NCBI GenBank assembly: GCA_963778655.1
Contig: CAVZVA010000005.1
Coordinates: 352,001 to 416,000, forward strand
Length of the DNA: 64,000 nt
Origin: an uncultured delta proteobacterium
GTDB lineage: Bacteria > Myxococcota_A > Polyangia > Polyangiales > JAFGIB01
Reading direction: 5' to 3'
The notes below the pieces were generated by a model. That model was given only the letters and a program-made list of their open reading frames with translations. It did no database searches and had not been told where the DNA came from. Both the position numbers and the translations under genes were made by a program. Below, piece after piece: positions 11,199 to 22,875 of the stretch (positions are counted from its first letter, which is position 1; each line of letters starts with the position of its first letter).

Positions 11199-11371
11199 CG
11201 GCCAGTCCTGCCCCATCACGCTGGGACGGTCAACACCCACCCCGACCCAGACGTCCCCGTCCCCTTTGCCCGGCGGGCGGGCGGTCTATTCCTGCGGCTT
11301 TTTCTGCGGGCGCGCTCGCGATCGCACTGCGCCGACAAGCCGGCCGTGATCAGGTCATTTGGGCTCGGGTC

Positions 11372-13330
11372 CTAATTCACGCCGAACGAGTAGCGCGCGC
11401 CCATACGCGGCGCGGGGAAGGAGGGGAAGCTGATCTGCCTGACTTTCGCCGCGATGCAGCGTTTGAAGCCTGCGCTGCCGGTGCTGATGCTGGCACCGGC
11501 CACATGGCCGCTGCCCATGATCGCCATGTCGATCTGCACCGTGCCCAGGTGCCGTCCGCCGCGCAGCTCCTGCGTCACGCAGCCGAACAGGCTGTTCAGG
11601 CGCCGGTTCATCACCGCCTCGATGTCGGCGGGTCGCAGCTGGCGCTCGCCTCCGCCCTTGGTCGCATCGCCCATGTCGATCGCCTGGTTCATGGCGTCGT
11701 CGTACGAGCTGAAGCCGCCGCTGCTGTGCTGGCCGCCGGCGGAGCGCCGGCTGCCGCCACTACGCGCGGGACGCGCGCGCAAGATGCCCGCGGTGCCGCT
11801 GATCTTGACCCGGCCCGTCTCCAGCATCTCCGCCAGGTCGACGTCCTGCTGGGCCTGGCGCCGCTGGGCGGCCTGGCGGCTCATCAAGTAGCCGCCGCCC
11901 GCGAGCACCAACACCGCCAGCGAGCTGCCCAGGATCACAAACTTGGCCGCATTGGAGTGGCGCTCGACGCGGGTCGACTTCTCGAGCGCGGCCGCGTAAT
12001 CGGCGTCGGCCTTGCGCAGCTTGTACTGTTCGACGAACTCCGAGAATTCCGGCCACTCCCCCAGCGGCTTGCTGTCGCCGTTGCGCATGTTGAGCAGCAC
12101 GTGCTGCTCGAGCACCTCGCCCTCGACGATCAGCTTGACCAGCTCACGCGCGGTGAACGGCCCGTGATCGAGGCCGCCCTTGACCGCGATCCAGCGCGCG
12201 GCGTCATTTTCGAACAGCTTGGCGGCCGCTGCCGAGAGCTGGCTGTCGGCTGAGGGCGCGGGCGGGGGCGGCCGGCGTTCGGGCGCCGCTTGCTGCCCCA
12301 GCGGATCGCGTGCGGGGGCGAAGGGAGGCGCGGCGGCGGGCCGGGCGGGCGCCGGCGCCCGGACGGGTTGCGCGGGCGCGGCTGCGGTTGCGGGCGCTGT
12401 TGCGGGCGCGGGCGCGGCCGCGGGGGGCGGCAGCGAGAGCGCGACGTCGACGTCGATTTCGAGGTCGACTCCGAGCTCAAGCCGATCGGGCTCCGGGGTT
12501 GCGGCCAGCAGCGGCAACAACGCCTCCATCAGCTGCTCGACGCTGCCGAAGCGCGCGCCGGGATCGGAGGCGAGGCAGCGCGCGACCACCGCATCCAGCT
12601 CTTGCGTGGCGTCCGGATGCGACTTCGAGGGTGGCACGCGCGGCTCGTCGGGCGGCCGCCCGGTGAGCAAGGCGTAGAGCAGGGCGCCTAGCCCGTACAC
12701 GTCGCTGGCGCGGCTCACGCTGCCGGTGGTGCGCGCTTCCGGCGCGAGGAACGCGTGCTCGGCGGCCGGCAGCAGCTGCCACTTGTGGCTCGAGGCCAAC
12801 GCCAGCCCGAGTCCCAGCTCGCCCAGCTTCACGCGGCCCGACTTCGAGATCCACACCACGCCGGGACGCAGCGCGCCGTGGCAGATCGCCGTGTGGACCT
12901 GCGCGAGCGCCTTGCACAGATGCGCCACGACGTTGTAGGCGGCGCGCGCGCTGATCGGCGCGCCGCCCGCGCCATGCGCCGCGATCGACTCCGAGAGCGT
13001 GGCGCCGTCCACCCACTCGCAGGCGATGAAGCAGCGGCCCTCGTGGGTCCCGATGCCATAGGTACCGAGCAGCGAGCGATGGCGCAGCTTGGCCGCGGCG
13101 CGCACCTCGCTGCGGATGATTTCGAAGGTCGCCGCGTCTCCGGCGAAGGTGGCCGAGAGGATGCGCACGGCGATCGGCTTGCCCGTCTTCTCGTCGCGTG
13201 CGAGCAGGGTTTCGCCGAGCGCGTCCGCGCGCGCGCTGCGCTCGATTCGGAAGCGCCCTCCGACGAGCGCTCCGGCCGCGATGCTGGCCGCGGCTTCGAG
13301 ACCCGAGGGCAAAGGCGCTGGCCTAGACAT
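11372..13330 (-). CDS. Ser/Thr pseudokinase with Pro-rich linker, GYF_2-like domain, TM and AgmX/PglI (TonB-C-like) C-terminus
   Basis: Kinase fold (APE, SDVYGLG, RCLA.DP..RF) with IAVR, HGALRP and ELG in place of VAIK, HRD and DFG; DHGPFTARELV; two-Cys C-terminal domain. Confidence 0.8.
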   Translation of the reverse strand: MSRPAPLPSGLEAAASIAAGALVGGRFRIERSARADALGETLLARDEKTGKPIAVRILSATFAGDAATFEIIRSEVRAAAKLRHRSLLGTYGIGTHEGRCFIACEWVDGATLSESIAAHGAGGAPISARAAYNVVAHLCKALAQVHTAICHGALRPGVVWISKSGRVKLGELGLGLALASSHKWQLLPAAEHAFLAPEARTTGSVSRASDVYGLGALLYALLTGRPPDEPRVPPSKSHPDATQELDAVVARCLASDPGARFGSVEQLMEALLPLLAATPEPDRLELGVDLEIDVDVALSLPPPAAAPAPATAPATAAAPAQPVRAPAPARPAAAPPFAPARDPLGQQAAPERRPPPPAPSADSQLSAAAAKLFENDAARWIAVKGGLDHGPFTARELVKLIVEGEVLEQHVLLNMRNGDSKPLGEWPEFSEFVEQYKLRKADADYAAALEKSTRVERHSNAAKFVILGSSLAVLVLAGGGYLMSRQAAQRRQAQQDVDLAEMLETGRVKISGTAGILRARPARSGGSRRSAGGQHSSGGFSSYDDAMNQAIDMGDATKGGGERQLRPADIEAVMNRRLNSLFGCVTQELRGGRHLGTVQIDMAIMGSGHVAGASISTGSAGFKRCIAAKVRQISFPSFPAPRMGARYSFGVN

Positions 13331-13405
13331 GAACGCAATTAGGGTAACGGAGCCGTGCCCGCAGGTTCAAGCCCGGGAGATCCCGAGTGGTCTTGGGTTC
13401 ACCGC

Positions 13406-13945
13406 CTACTCCGTTGATTTAACAGGGTTTTTTAGCTTGATCCGGAGCGTCGCCTGGACCTCGCGAGGCGCGTCCGAGATGGGCGGCCGGAGGCTCACCG
13501 CGGAAAGCCGCCGGCGCACGCACTCGAGCTCCTCGTCCTCGAGCTGGGCCGAGCGCGCGTAGCCGCGGCTCATGGTTCCGGTGCTCAAAAAGTGCGCTTC
13601 GAGATCGATCTGGATCTCGGGCGGCGCGTCGTCGCTCCGCCGCGGTTTGAGGCAATCGATCGGGCTGCCTAGCGCGCCGAGCAGCTCCGCGGCGTAGTCG
13701 CGCTTCTCGGGCTCGGGCTCGGGCTTTTCCACCGGCTGCGCCGGCGCGGGCTGCGCCGGCGCGGGCGTGGGGAACGCCGTGGGCAAGGGCTGCGCCGGCT
13801 CGGGCGCCGCCGTAGACGAGGCCTGGGGCTGTTGGCCGGGCGCACGATAGGGACCACGTTGGAGCGGTTGGTGGCCCTCGGGCTGAAATTTGGATCCGCA
13901 AGCGAGCAAGGAGCAGCACAGCAGCGCGAGCGCGCCGGCCTTCAT
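13406..13945 (-). CDS. Lipoprotein with Pro-rich linker and AgmX/TonB-C-like domain
   Basis: LLAC lipobox; C..IDL...GT...ECVRRRL..V.L.PP pattern; 4-nt overlap with the helicase stop. Confidence 0.7.
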   Translation of the reverse strand: MKAGALALLCCSLLACGSKFQPEGHQPLQRGPYRAPGQQPQASSTAAPEPAQPLPTAFPTPAPAQPAPAQPVEKPEPEPEKRDYAAELLGALGSPIDCLKPRRSDDAPPEIQIDLEAHFLSTGTMSRGYARSAQLEDEELECVRRRLSAVSLRPPISDAPREVQATLRIKLKNPVKSTE

Positions 13946-15762
13946 TGCCGATTGACCTTCGCGCGCTCCGGCGACAGCGCCTTCTCGCCCAGCGATTGCC
14001 CGCGCAGCTTCTCGACTACCCCATCGAGCTTGTCGTCGGGCACCTCCACGAAGGTGTAGCGATCGCGCACGCGGATGCGGCCGACCTCGGAGCGCCGCAG
14101 CTCGCCGGTCTCGCGCACCAGGCGTGCGATCTCGCCCAGACGCACGCCGTCCCGGCGGCCCACGTCCAGGTAGAGCACGGCGTCCGGGGGATGCTCGGAC
14201 GCGTCCTGCGACTCGTCGAACGGCTCGCGTTCGTCGCTGGCGCTGGTCTCGGCCGGAGGCGGGGGCGCGCGCCGCGGCTCTGCGGCGGACCGATCCCCGG
14301 CACGCGTGCGCGGCCTTCGCGGCCGCGCCGGCCGCGCCTCTGGCTGATCGCTCTCGCGCTCGATCTCCTCCGACGCATGCTCGAGCGGCGAGGCCACGCG
14401 GGCCCGGCGCGCGGCCGCGGCCTCCTCGTCGATGCCGTCGCCCTTGCTGCCGAAGAAGGTGTGCAGCAAGCCGCCCACGATGCGCTCGGCCTCGGGATGG
14501 GTGAGCAGCCGCCGCGCCAGCGCCAGGTCGGCCGGACGCGGCGCGAAGGAAAACGCCTCGCTCAGCAAGGCCACCCGGTCGCTCTCCTGCCGCGTCTGCA
14601 GATCCCCTCGATTGGGCAGGCTGCGCTCGACCGGAAAGATCTTGTACTCGAGCCGGAGGTAGTACAGCCGCCCCAGCTCGGTCGGGCTTACCAGCGAGAT
14701 CGCGCTGCCGGTGCGCCCCGCGCGCCCGGTGCGGCCGGTGCGATGCACGTAGGCCGCCGCGGACTCCGGGAACGAGTAGTTGATCACGTGGGTCAGGTGC
14801 GAGATGTCGATGCCGCGGGCGGCCACGTCGGTGGCGACCAGGTAGCGCAGCTTGCCTTCGCGCGTGCGGCTCATGACCGTCTCGCGGTCGCGCTGCGGCA
14901 GGTCGCCGTTGAGCCAGTCGGCGTTGAAGCCGGCCTGCTTGAGCGCGGCGGCCACTTGCTCGGTCTCCGAGCGCAGGTTGCAGAAGATGATCGCGCTCTC
15001 CGGGTCCTCGACCTCGAGGATCTTGATCAGGTCGCCGACGCGGTCGGCGCCGCTGACCATGTAGACGGCGTGGCTGACCGCCTCGGCGCCGACGGCGTCG
15101 CTCGAGAGCGAGACCATCTGCGGGTCGCGCATGTGGCGCTCGCCGTGGCGGCGCACGTCATCGTCGACGGTGGCCGAGAAGCACATGGTCTGGCGCCGGG
15201 CGCGGTCGGGGATCAGCTCGAGAATCGCGTTGAGCTCGCGCGCGAAGCCCATCGACAGCATCTCGTCCATCTCGTCGAGCACCAGGACCTTGAGCCCGGA
15301 CGGGTCGAGCGTTCTGCGCCGCAGGTGATCGAGCACCCGGCCCGGGGTGCCGGAGACGATCTGCGCGCCGGCCGCGAGCTCCTCGATCTGCCGACCCATC
15401 GGCGCGCCGCCGTAGACGGCCGCGGCGTGAATTCCCTTGTACTTGCCGATGCGCGCGATCTCCTTGGCGCTCTGCAGCGCCAGCTCGCGGGTCGGGGCCA
15501 GCACCAGGGCCTGCACGCCGGGCTCGCCGCGCAGGAGCTTGTCCACCAGCGGGATCGCAAATGCCGCGGTCTTGCCGGTGCCGGTGCGGGCCTGGACGAT
15601 GATGTCGCGGCCGGAGACCGCGAGGTCGTAAGTGGCCAGCTGCACCGGGGTGGGGTTGACGTAGCCGATCTCGTCGAGCGCCCGTTTCACCTCATCGGAG
15701 AGATCCAGCGCATCGAAGGTGGCGGCGACTTCAATCGGGTCGCTTTGCTCAGTCGCGTTCAT
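13942..15762 (-). CDS. DEAD-box RNA helicase with DbpA-type RNA-binding C-terminus
   Basis: Q motif PTPVQ, GTGKT, PTRELA, DEMD, SAT, TDVAARGID, HRTGRTGRAG; C-terminal VGRRDG...GRI. Confidence 0.95.
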   Translation of the reverse strand: MNATEQSDPIEVAATFDALDLSDEVKRALDEIGYVNPTPVQLATYDLAVSGRDIIVQARTGTGKTAAFAIPLVDKLLRGEPGVQALVLAPTRELALQSAKEIARIGKYKGIHAAAVYGGAPMGRQIEELAAGAQIVSGTPGRVLDHLRRRTLDPSGLKVLVLDEMDEMLSMGFARELNAILELIPDRARRQTMCFSATVDDDVRRHGERHMRDPQMVSLSSDAVGAEAVSHAVYMVSGADRVGDLIKILEVEDPESAIIFCNLRSETEQVAAALKQAGFNADWLNGDLPQRDRETVMSRTREGKLRYLVATDVAARGIDISHLTHVINYSFPESAAAYVHRTGRTGRAGRTGSAISLVSPTELGRLYYLRLEYKIFPVERSLPNRGDLQTRQESDRVALLSEAFSFAPRPADLALARRLLTHPEAERIVGGLLHTFFGSKGDGIDEEAAAARRARVASPLEHASEEIERESDQPEARPARPRRPRTRAGDRSAAEPRRAPPPPAETSASDEREPFDESQDASEHPPDAVLYLDVGRRDGVRLGEIARLVRETGELRRSEVGRIRVRDRYTFVEVPDDKLDGVVEKLRGQSLGEKALSPERAKVNRQ

Positions 15763-16255
15763 GTGGGCCCTTCGGGTCCGTGCGGCCGGCGCCTTCGCCG
15801 AGCTGCGCCAGGGCGCGGCGTATCCGCTCCTGCGCTCTCATCGGGCCGCGGTCATAGCGCCGCAGCAGCGAGTCGATGCCCCTGCGAAGCCGTAAGAGAT
15901 CGATGCGCGCGCCCTCGAGCGGTCCACAGCCGCCCGCCAGCCGATCGAAGCGCGCGTCCCACGCGTTCAGCGCGCGGGCGCGCTCGGTCGGGTTGCCGCC
16001 GTGCAGCGCGCCGGCGGCGAGAGCGAGCAGGCCGTCGTCCAGCTGTTGGATCTCGCGCGCACAGAACTCCAGCCCGGGCGCCTGCGGGCGCGGTCCGAGC
16101 TCGGGCCAGTACAGCGAAGGGATGATCGAGACCGCGCTCATGCCGATGACGTAGCAGGCCAGGAGCCAGAACAGGCTGATCCCGAGCGCGCGGCCCAGGC
16201 GACCGGGATCCGTGCGGCTGCCCTTCGGTTCCGCGCTCGCGCCGCCGCTGTTCAC
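15749..16255 (-). CDS. Hypothetical membrane protein (start uncertain)
   Basis: One TM helix (LGISLFWLLACYVIGMSAVSII), a helical domain with a Cys pair; overlaps the helicase start. Confidence 0.6.
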   Translation of the reverse strand: MNSGGASAEPKGSRTDPGRLGRALGISLFWLLACYVIGMSAVSIIPSLYWPELGPRPQAPGLEFCAREIQQLDDGLLALAAGALHGGNPTERARALNAWDARFDRLAGGCGPLEGARIDLLRLRRGIDSLLRRYDRGPMRAQERIRRALAQLGEGAGRTDPKGPHERD

Positions 16256-16355
16256 CTGCTTGCTGGGCTGGGTTGTATCGGGCCCCCCGGCGTCGGTCAA
16301 CCGGCGCGCCTCTGCTGTGCCGGTCGGCCAGGTCGCCGTCCCGGCGAGCTTGTTG

Positions 16356-16434
16356 GGATGCAACAGGAAGACGGGAAGACGGGAAGAAGCACAGAATCCT
16401 CTGTGTTCCCGTCTTCCCGCCTTGCCGTGGATCC
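16356..16434. repeat. Palindromic REP-like element, copy 1
   Basis: caacaggaagacgggaagacgggaag...ttcccgtcttcccgccttgccgtggatcc. Confidence 0.9.
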
Positions 16435-16465
16435 GTTCGATCCGGCGCGGGCCCGCAGCTCGAGC

Positions 16466-17167
16466 TCAGCTGACGAGCTTGTAGCCGTAACCGTAGACCG
16501 TGAGGATGTGGCGCGGGCTTTCGGGGTTGGGCTCGATCTTCTTGCGCAGCTTGACCACGAAGTTGTCGACGGTGCGGTTGTTCGGCTGGTGGGTCTTGGT
16601 GCCCCATACCTTGTCCAGGATCTCGTCGCGCGACACTGGCTCGCCCAGCCGCGAGTGCAGCAGGCGCAGCAGCTCCGCCTCGTAGAAGGAAATGGCGAGC
16701 GTTTCGCCGCCGCGGGTGATGGCGTGTGCGCCGGTGTCGACGGTGACCTGGCCGACGGTGAACACCGCGCCGCCGCCGACGGTGCGATTGCCGCGCCGCA
16801 CCGCGGCGCGGATGCGCGCCACCAGCTCGCCGACAGAGAACGGCTTGGTCACGTAGTCGTCGGCTCCGGCGTCCAGACCGCGGATCTTGTCCGCTTCCTG
16901 GCCGCGGGCGGTCAGCATGATGATCGGCACCGCCTGATCGTGCGCGCGGATCGCCTCGCACACCTGGTAGCCATTCATCCCCGGCAGCATCAGATCGAGA
17001 ATGATGCAATCGGGTCGCTCGCGGGAGATCGCATCCAGCCCTCCCTCGCCGGTCTCGGCGTGCAGCACGCGGAAACCCTCGAACGCCAGCGTGTCGCGCA
17101 GACCCAGCGCGAGCGTGGGGTCATCCTCGACTAGTAGCAAGGTGCGCCCCACGGTCGTGCTGTCCAT
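16466..17167 (-). CDS. OmpR-family response regulator
   Basis: LLVEDD, LDLMLP, GADDYVTKPF, winged-helix RTVDNFVVKLRKKIE, TVYGYGY. Confidence 0.96.
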   Translation of the reverse strand: MDSTTVGRTLLLVEDDPTLALGLRDTLAFEGFRVLHAETGEGGLDAISRERPDCIILDLMLPGMNGYQVCEAIRAHDQAVPIIMLTARGQEADKIRGLDAGADDYVTKPFSVGELVARIRAAVRRGNRTVGGGAVFTVGQVTVDTGAHAITRGGETLAISFYEAELLRLLHSRLGEPVSRDEILDKVWGTKTHQPNNRTVDNFVVKLRKKIEPNPESPRHILTVYGYGYKLVS

Positions 17168-17243
17168 CGACGGGGCACGATATCAGCGCCCCGGAGGCTG
17201 TCAATTGCGGCACGAAGAGCGTCACGCATGCGCGGATCAAGGC

Positions 17244-17302
17244 GATCCACAGGAAGGCGGGAAGCACCGACGATCTTGAGCTCTTCCCGTCTTCCTGTGT
17301 TC
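17244..17302. repeat. Palindromic REP-like element, copy 2
   Basis: gatccacaggaaggcgggaag...cttcccgtcttcctgtg. Confidence 0.9.
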
Positions 17303-17333
17303 TTGTCGATTCTCCGGGAGCTGCGCTCGCTCT

Positions 17334-18929
17334 TCACGAGGGCTCGGCGTCGAGGTCGGCGGCGGTGCGGGCCTCGAGGCGCAGGCTGCGCGCCTGGGTC
17401 GGGTCGCGCCGCGGGATGGCAAAGCCGACGATCGCGCCGCCGCCTTCGGCCGCGTCGGCCCAGGCGCGACCGTGGTGCTCCTCGGCGATGCGTTTGACGA
17501 TGGCGAGCCCGATGCCGGAGCCACGCGAACGGCGGCTGCTCTTGCCGCGGTAGAAGCGCTCGAACACGCGCTTGCGGTCCGGCTCGGGAATGCCCGGTCC
17601 GTGGTCGCGCACGGTCACGCGGATCTCGTCTGCGAGCGTCCGCACCTGGACCTCCACCGGAGTCCCACCGCCGTGCTTCACGGCATTGTCGAGCAGGTTG
17701 ATGATCACCAGCAGGATCGCCTGCTCGTCGAGCAACCCGTGGGCCGGGTCGCCGACGTGGTCGAGGTGCACCGCGATGCCCTCGCGCTCGAATCGGTAGT
17801 GCAGCGTGTCGATCGCACGGCGCGCGATCTCGTGCAGGTCGCAGCTGCGCATTTCGTAGCGACGCTTGCCGCGCTCGAGTGCCGCGAAGTCGAGCACATT
17901 TTCGATCAACCCGCTCAATCGCTCGGTCTCGCTGCAGATGATCTCGAGGTATTCCTCGCGCTTGTGCTCGTCGCCTACGCGTTTGGTCAGCATCATTTCG
18001 CCGAACATGCGGATCACCGAGAGCGGCGTCTTGAGCTCGTGCGAGACATTGGCGATGAAGTCGCTCTTCATGTCCGCCAGCCGGCGTTCCTTGTCCGCGG
18101 CGTAGAGGATGAAGCCGACCGCCACAACGATGATGAACAGCGACAGCGTGATCAAGGCAACCTGGTTGACGCGGCTGGTGTGGCGCTTCTCGGTCAGCAA
18201 TGGCGCCGTGGTCGGCGCGGCCTGCAGCCGCCACATGTAGAGCGTGGTCGGCAGCCTGCGCCCGACCACGTAGTCGCCGACCTCGGCCATGCTTGGCCCG
18301 AAGATGTGGCGGTTGTCCTGGTCGACCACGTTCTGGGTCGGCTGGCCGGGCTCGTTGCGCAGCACGTCAGCGAGCACATTGCGAACCAGCCACCCGGTAT
18401 CGTGGTGCGCGACGTAGTAGTAGCGCTTGCCCTCGTGCTCCACCGCTTTGTACGAGATCAGGTAGCTGCGGCCGTTGTAGCTGCGGTGCAGGTGCATCAG
18501 CCGATTGGGCTCGAGCGTGCTGATCTCCAGATCCGGCAGCACCCGGGTCATGAACAGGCGGCGGAACGCGCGCTGGTCCGCCGCCGAGGCGCGCGCGGCG
18601 TAGCCCATCAGGCGCCGGTCGGCGTCGAGCACGAGCAGCGCGCGGATGCTGGGCGAGATCTCCTCGGCGCGCGATTTCCAGCCCTGGATCGAGCTGGGGT
18701 CGTCGAGGTCGATGGCCGCGAAAGCCTGGTTGTCCGCGGTGATGATCTGCTGCTCGATGCGCTCGGCCTTGTCTTGCAGCAACAGCAGGCTCGACTCGGC
18801 GATCGACTGCTCGCCCAAACGCTCGAACTGACGCGCGGTGAGGTACGCGTAGTAGCCGAGCACGCACGCGGACACCACCAGCGCGGGCAGCAGCACCAGG
18901 TAGATCAGCTTGAGCCGGGGATTCTCCAC
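17334..18929 (-). CDS. Membrane sensor histidine kinase
   Basis: Two TMs; SHELKTPL H-box; NLLDNAVK, DHGPGI, FERFYR, GSGIGLAI. Confidence 0.95.
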   Translation of the reverse strand: MENPRLKLIYLVLLPALVVSACVLGYYAYLTARQFERLGEQSIAESSLLLLQDKAERIEQQIITADNQAFAAIDLDDPSSIQGWKSRAEEISPSIRALLVLDADRRLMGYAARASAADQRAFRRLFMTRVLPDLEISTLEPNRLMHLHRSYNGRSYLISYKAVEHEGKRYYYVAHHDTGWLVRNVLADVLRNEPGQPTQNVVDQDNRHIFGPSMAEVGDYVVGRRLPTTLYMWRLQAAPTTAPLLTEKRHTSRVNQVALITLSLFIIVVAVGFILYAADKERRLADMKSDFIANVSHELKTPLSVIRMFGEMMLTKRVGDEHKREEYLEIICSETERLSGLIENVLDFAALERGKRRYEMRSCDLHEIARRAIDTLHYRFEREGIAVHLDHVGDPAHGLLDEQAILLVIINLLDNAVKHGGGTPVEVQVRTLADEIRVTVRDHGPGIPEPDRKRVFERFYRGKSSRRSRGSGIGLAIVKRIAEEHHGRAWADAAEGGGAIVGFAIPRRDPTQARSLRLEARTAADLDAEPS

Positions 18930-18996
18930 GCGAGCGCCGATCGCTCACATAGCGCGAGATCGCGACCGCCTCAATCGCCGCCGGCTCGGCCCGGCG

Positions 18997-20001
18997 TCAG
19001 TCGCGTTCGGGCCGCAGGGCGCGACCGAGTAGCGATTCCACAGCGGAAATCGGCGACTTGCCGAGGTACAGCGCCTCGTAGACCTCGGTCGTGATTGGCA
19101 TCTCGACCGCCTCGCGCCGCGCCAGGTCGTACGCGCTCTTGGTGGTGCGCACGCCCTCGGCAACCATCGTCATCTCCGCGAGCACGTTCTGCAGCGAGCG
19201 GCCGCGCCCGAGCTCCATGCCGACGCTGCGGTTGCGCGAGAGGTCGCCGGTGCAGGTCAGCACCAGGTCGCCCATGCCGCTCAGCCCGGCCAGTGTTTGC
19301 GGGTTGGCGCCGAGATGGGTGGCCAAGCGCGAGATCTCGGCGATTCCGCGCGTGATCAGGGCCGCGCGCGCGTTGTGGCCGAAGCCGAGCCCGTCGGCCG
19401 CGCCCGCGGCGATCGCGATCACGTTCTTGAGCGCGCCGCCCAGCTCGACGCCGATCACATCCTCGCTGCTGTAGACGCGGAAACGCTCGCCCGCGAGCAG
19501 CGCCTGGGCCGCGTGCGCGGTGCGTGCGCGGGTGCTGGCGACGCACACCGCCGTCGGCATGCCCCGTGCGACCTCGCGCGCGAAGCTGGGGCCGCCCAGC
19601 GCGGACAGCCGCGGCTCCACTTCGGCGCCCAGCTCGTCGGTCAGCACCTGGCTCATCAGCATCAGGCTCTGGTTCTCGATGCCCTTGGTGGCGCTCACGA
19701 TCAGCGCCTGAGGCGGCAGCAGCGCGGCGCTCGCGCGTGCGAGCTCGCGCAGGCCATGCGAGGGCACCACGAACAGCACCAGCTCGGCCTGCTGCAACGC
19801 CTCGCCCAAATCGCTGGTCGCGCGCAGCGATTCGGGCAGCTCGACGCCCGGCAGGTAGCCCGGGTTCTCGCGGCGGAGCTGCAGCTGCTGGGCCAGCGCG
19901 GGGTTGCGCGCCCACAGCATGGTGGCGAAGCCCTTGAGCGCGAGGTGCGCGGCGAGCGCCGTGCCCCAGGAGCCGGCGCCCAAGACGGCGGCGCGAGTCA
20001 T
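18997..20001 (-). CDS. gpsA: NAD(P)H-dependent glycerol-3-phosphate dehydrogenase
   Basis: GAGSWGTALA, TKGIE, GPSFA, LKNVIAIA, GDLVLTC, SRN. Confidence 0.97.
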   Translation of the reverse strand: MTRAAVLGAGSWGTALAAHLALKGFATMLWARNPALAQQLQLRRENPGYLPGVELPESLRATSDLGEALQQAELVLFVVPSHGLRELARASAALLPPQALIVSATKGIENQSLMLMSQVLTDELGAEVEPRLSALGGPSFAREVARGMPTAVCVASTRARTAHAAQALLAGERFRVYSSEDVIGVELGGALKNVIAIAAGAADGLGFGHNARAALITRGIAEISRLATHLGANPQTLAGLSGMGDLVLTCTGDLSRNRSVGMELGRGRSLQNVLAEMTMVAEGVRTTKSAYDLARREAVEMPITTEVYEALYLGKSPISAVESLLGRALRPERD

Positions 20002-20057
20002 CCGCGCAGCTTACACCCGGAGAGCGCCGCGCGCCGCCGCGTGCGCCCGCCTCGCGC

Positions 20058-22529
<2,472 letters not shown>

Positions 22530-22875
22530 GTGTGTCCGCCGCACGACCGAGCCCTCGGCTGTTTCGGTCTGCTTTCGTCAACATAGTCAGGCCGCCGCGC
22601 CGGCGCAAGCAAGCCAGCAGTGTGGCGCCGACTGCGTTGCGCGCCGAGCCATGTGGTCTCGTCACTTACATAGCCGCGTTCGTGCTCGCACGTCCGCATC
22701 GCGCGGGTATCCCTTGTGGCACGTTCCGCGCGCTCGGCCGGCGGCTGCACGCGCGCCTTAGCGGTTGCACCCGTGCAGCGCTCGTGGATAACCTTGCGTC
22801 CCCGGCTCGCCACGAGTCGGCCGCGCGCGCGGAGCGAGGGGCTTGCGGCGAACCCGAGTGCCGCATGAATTGCTG

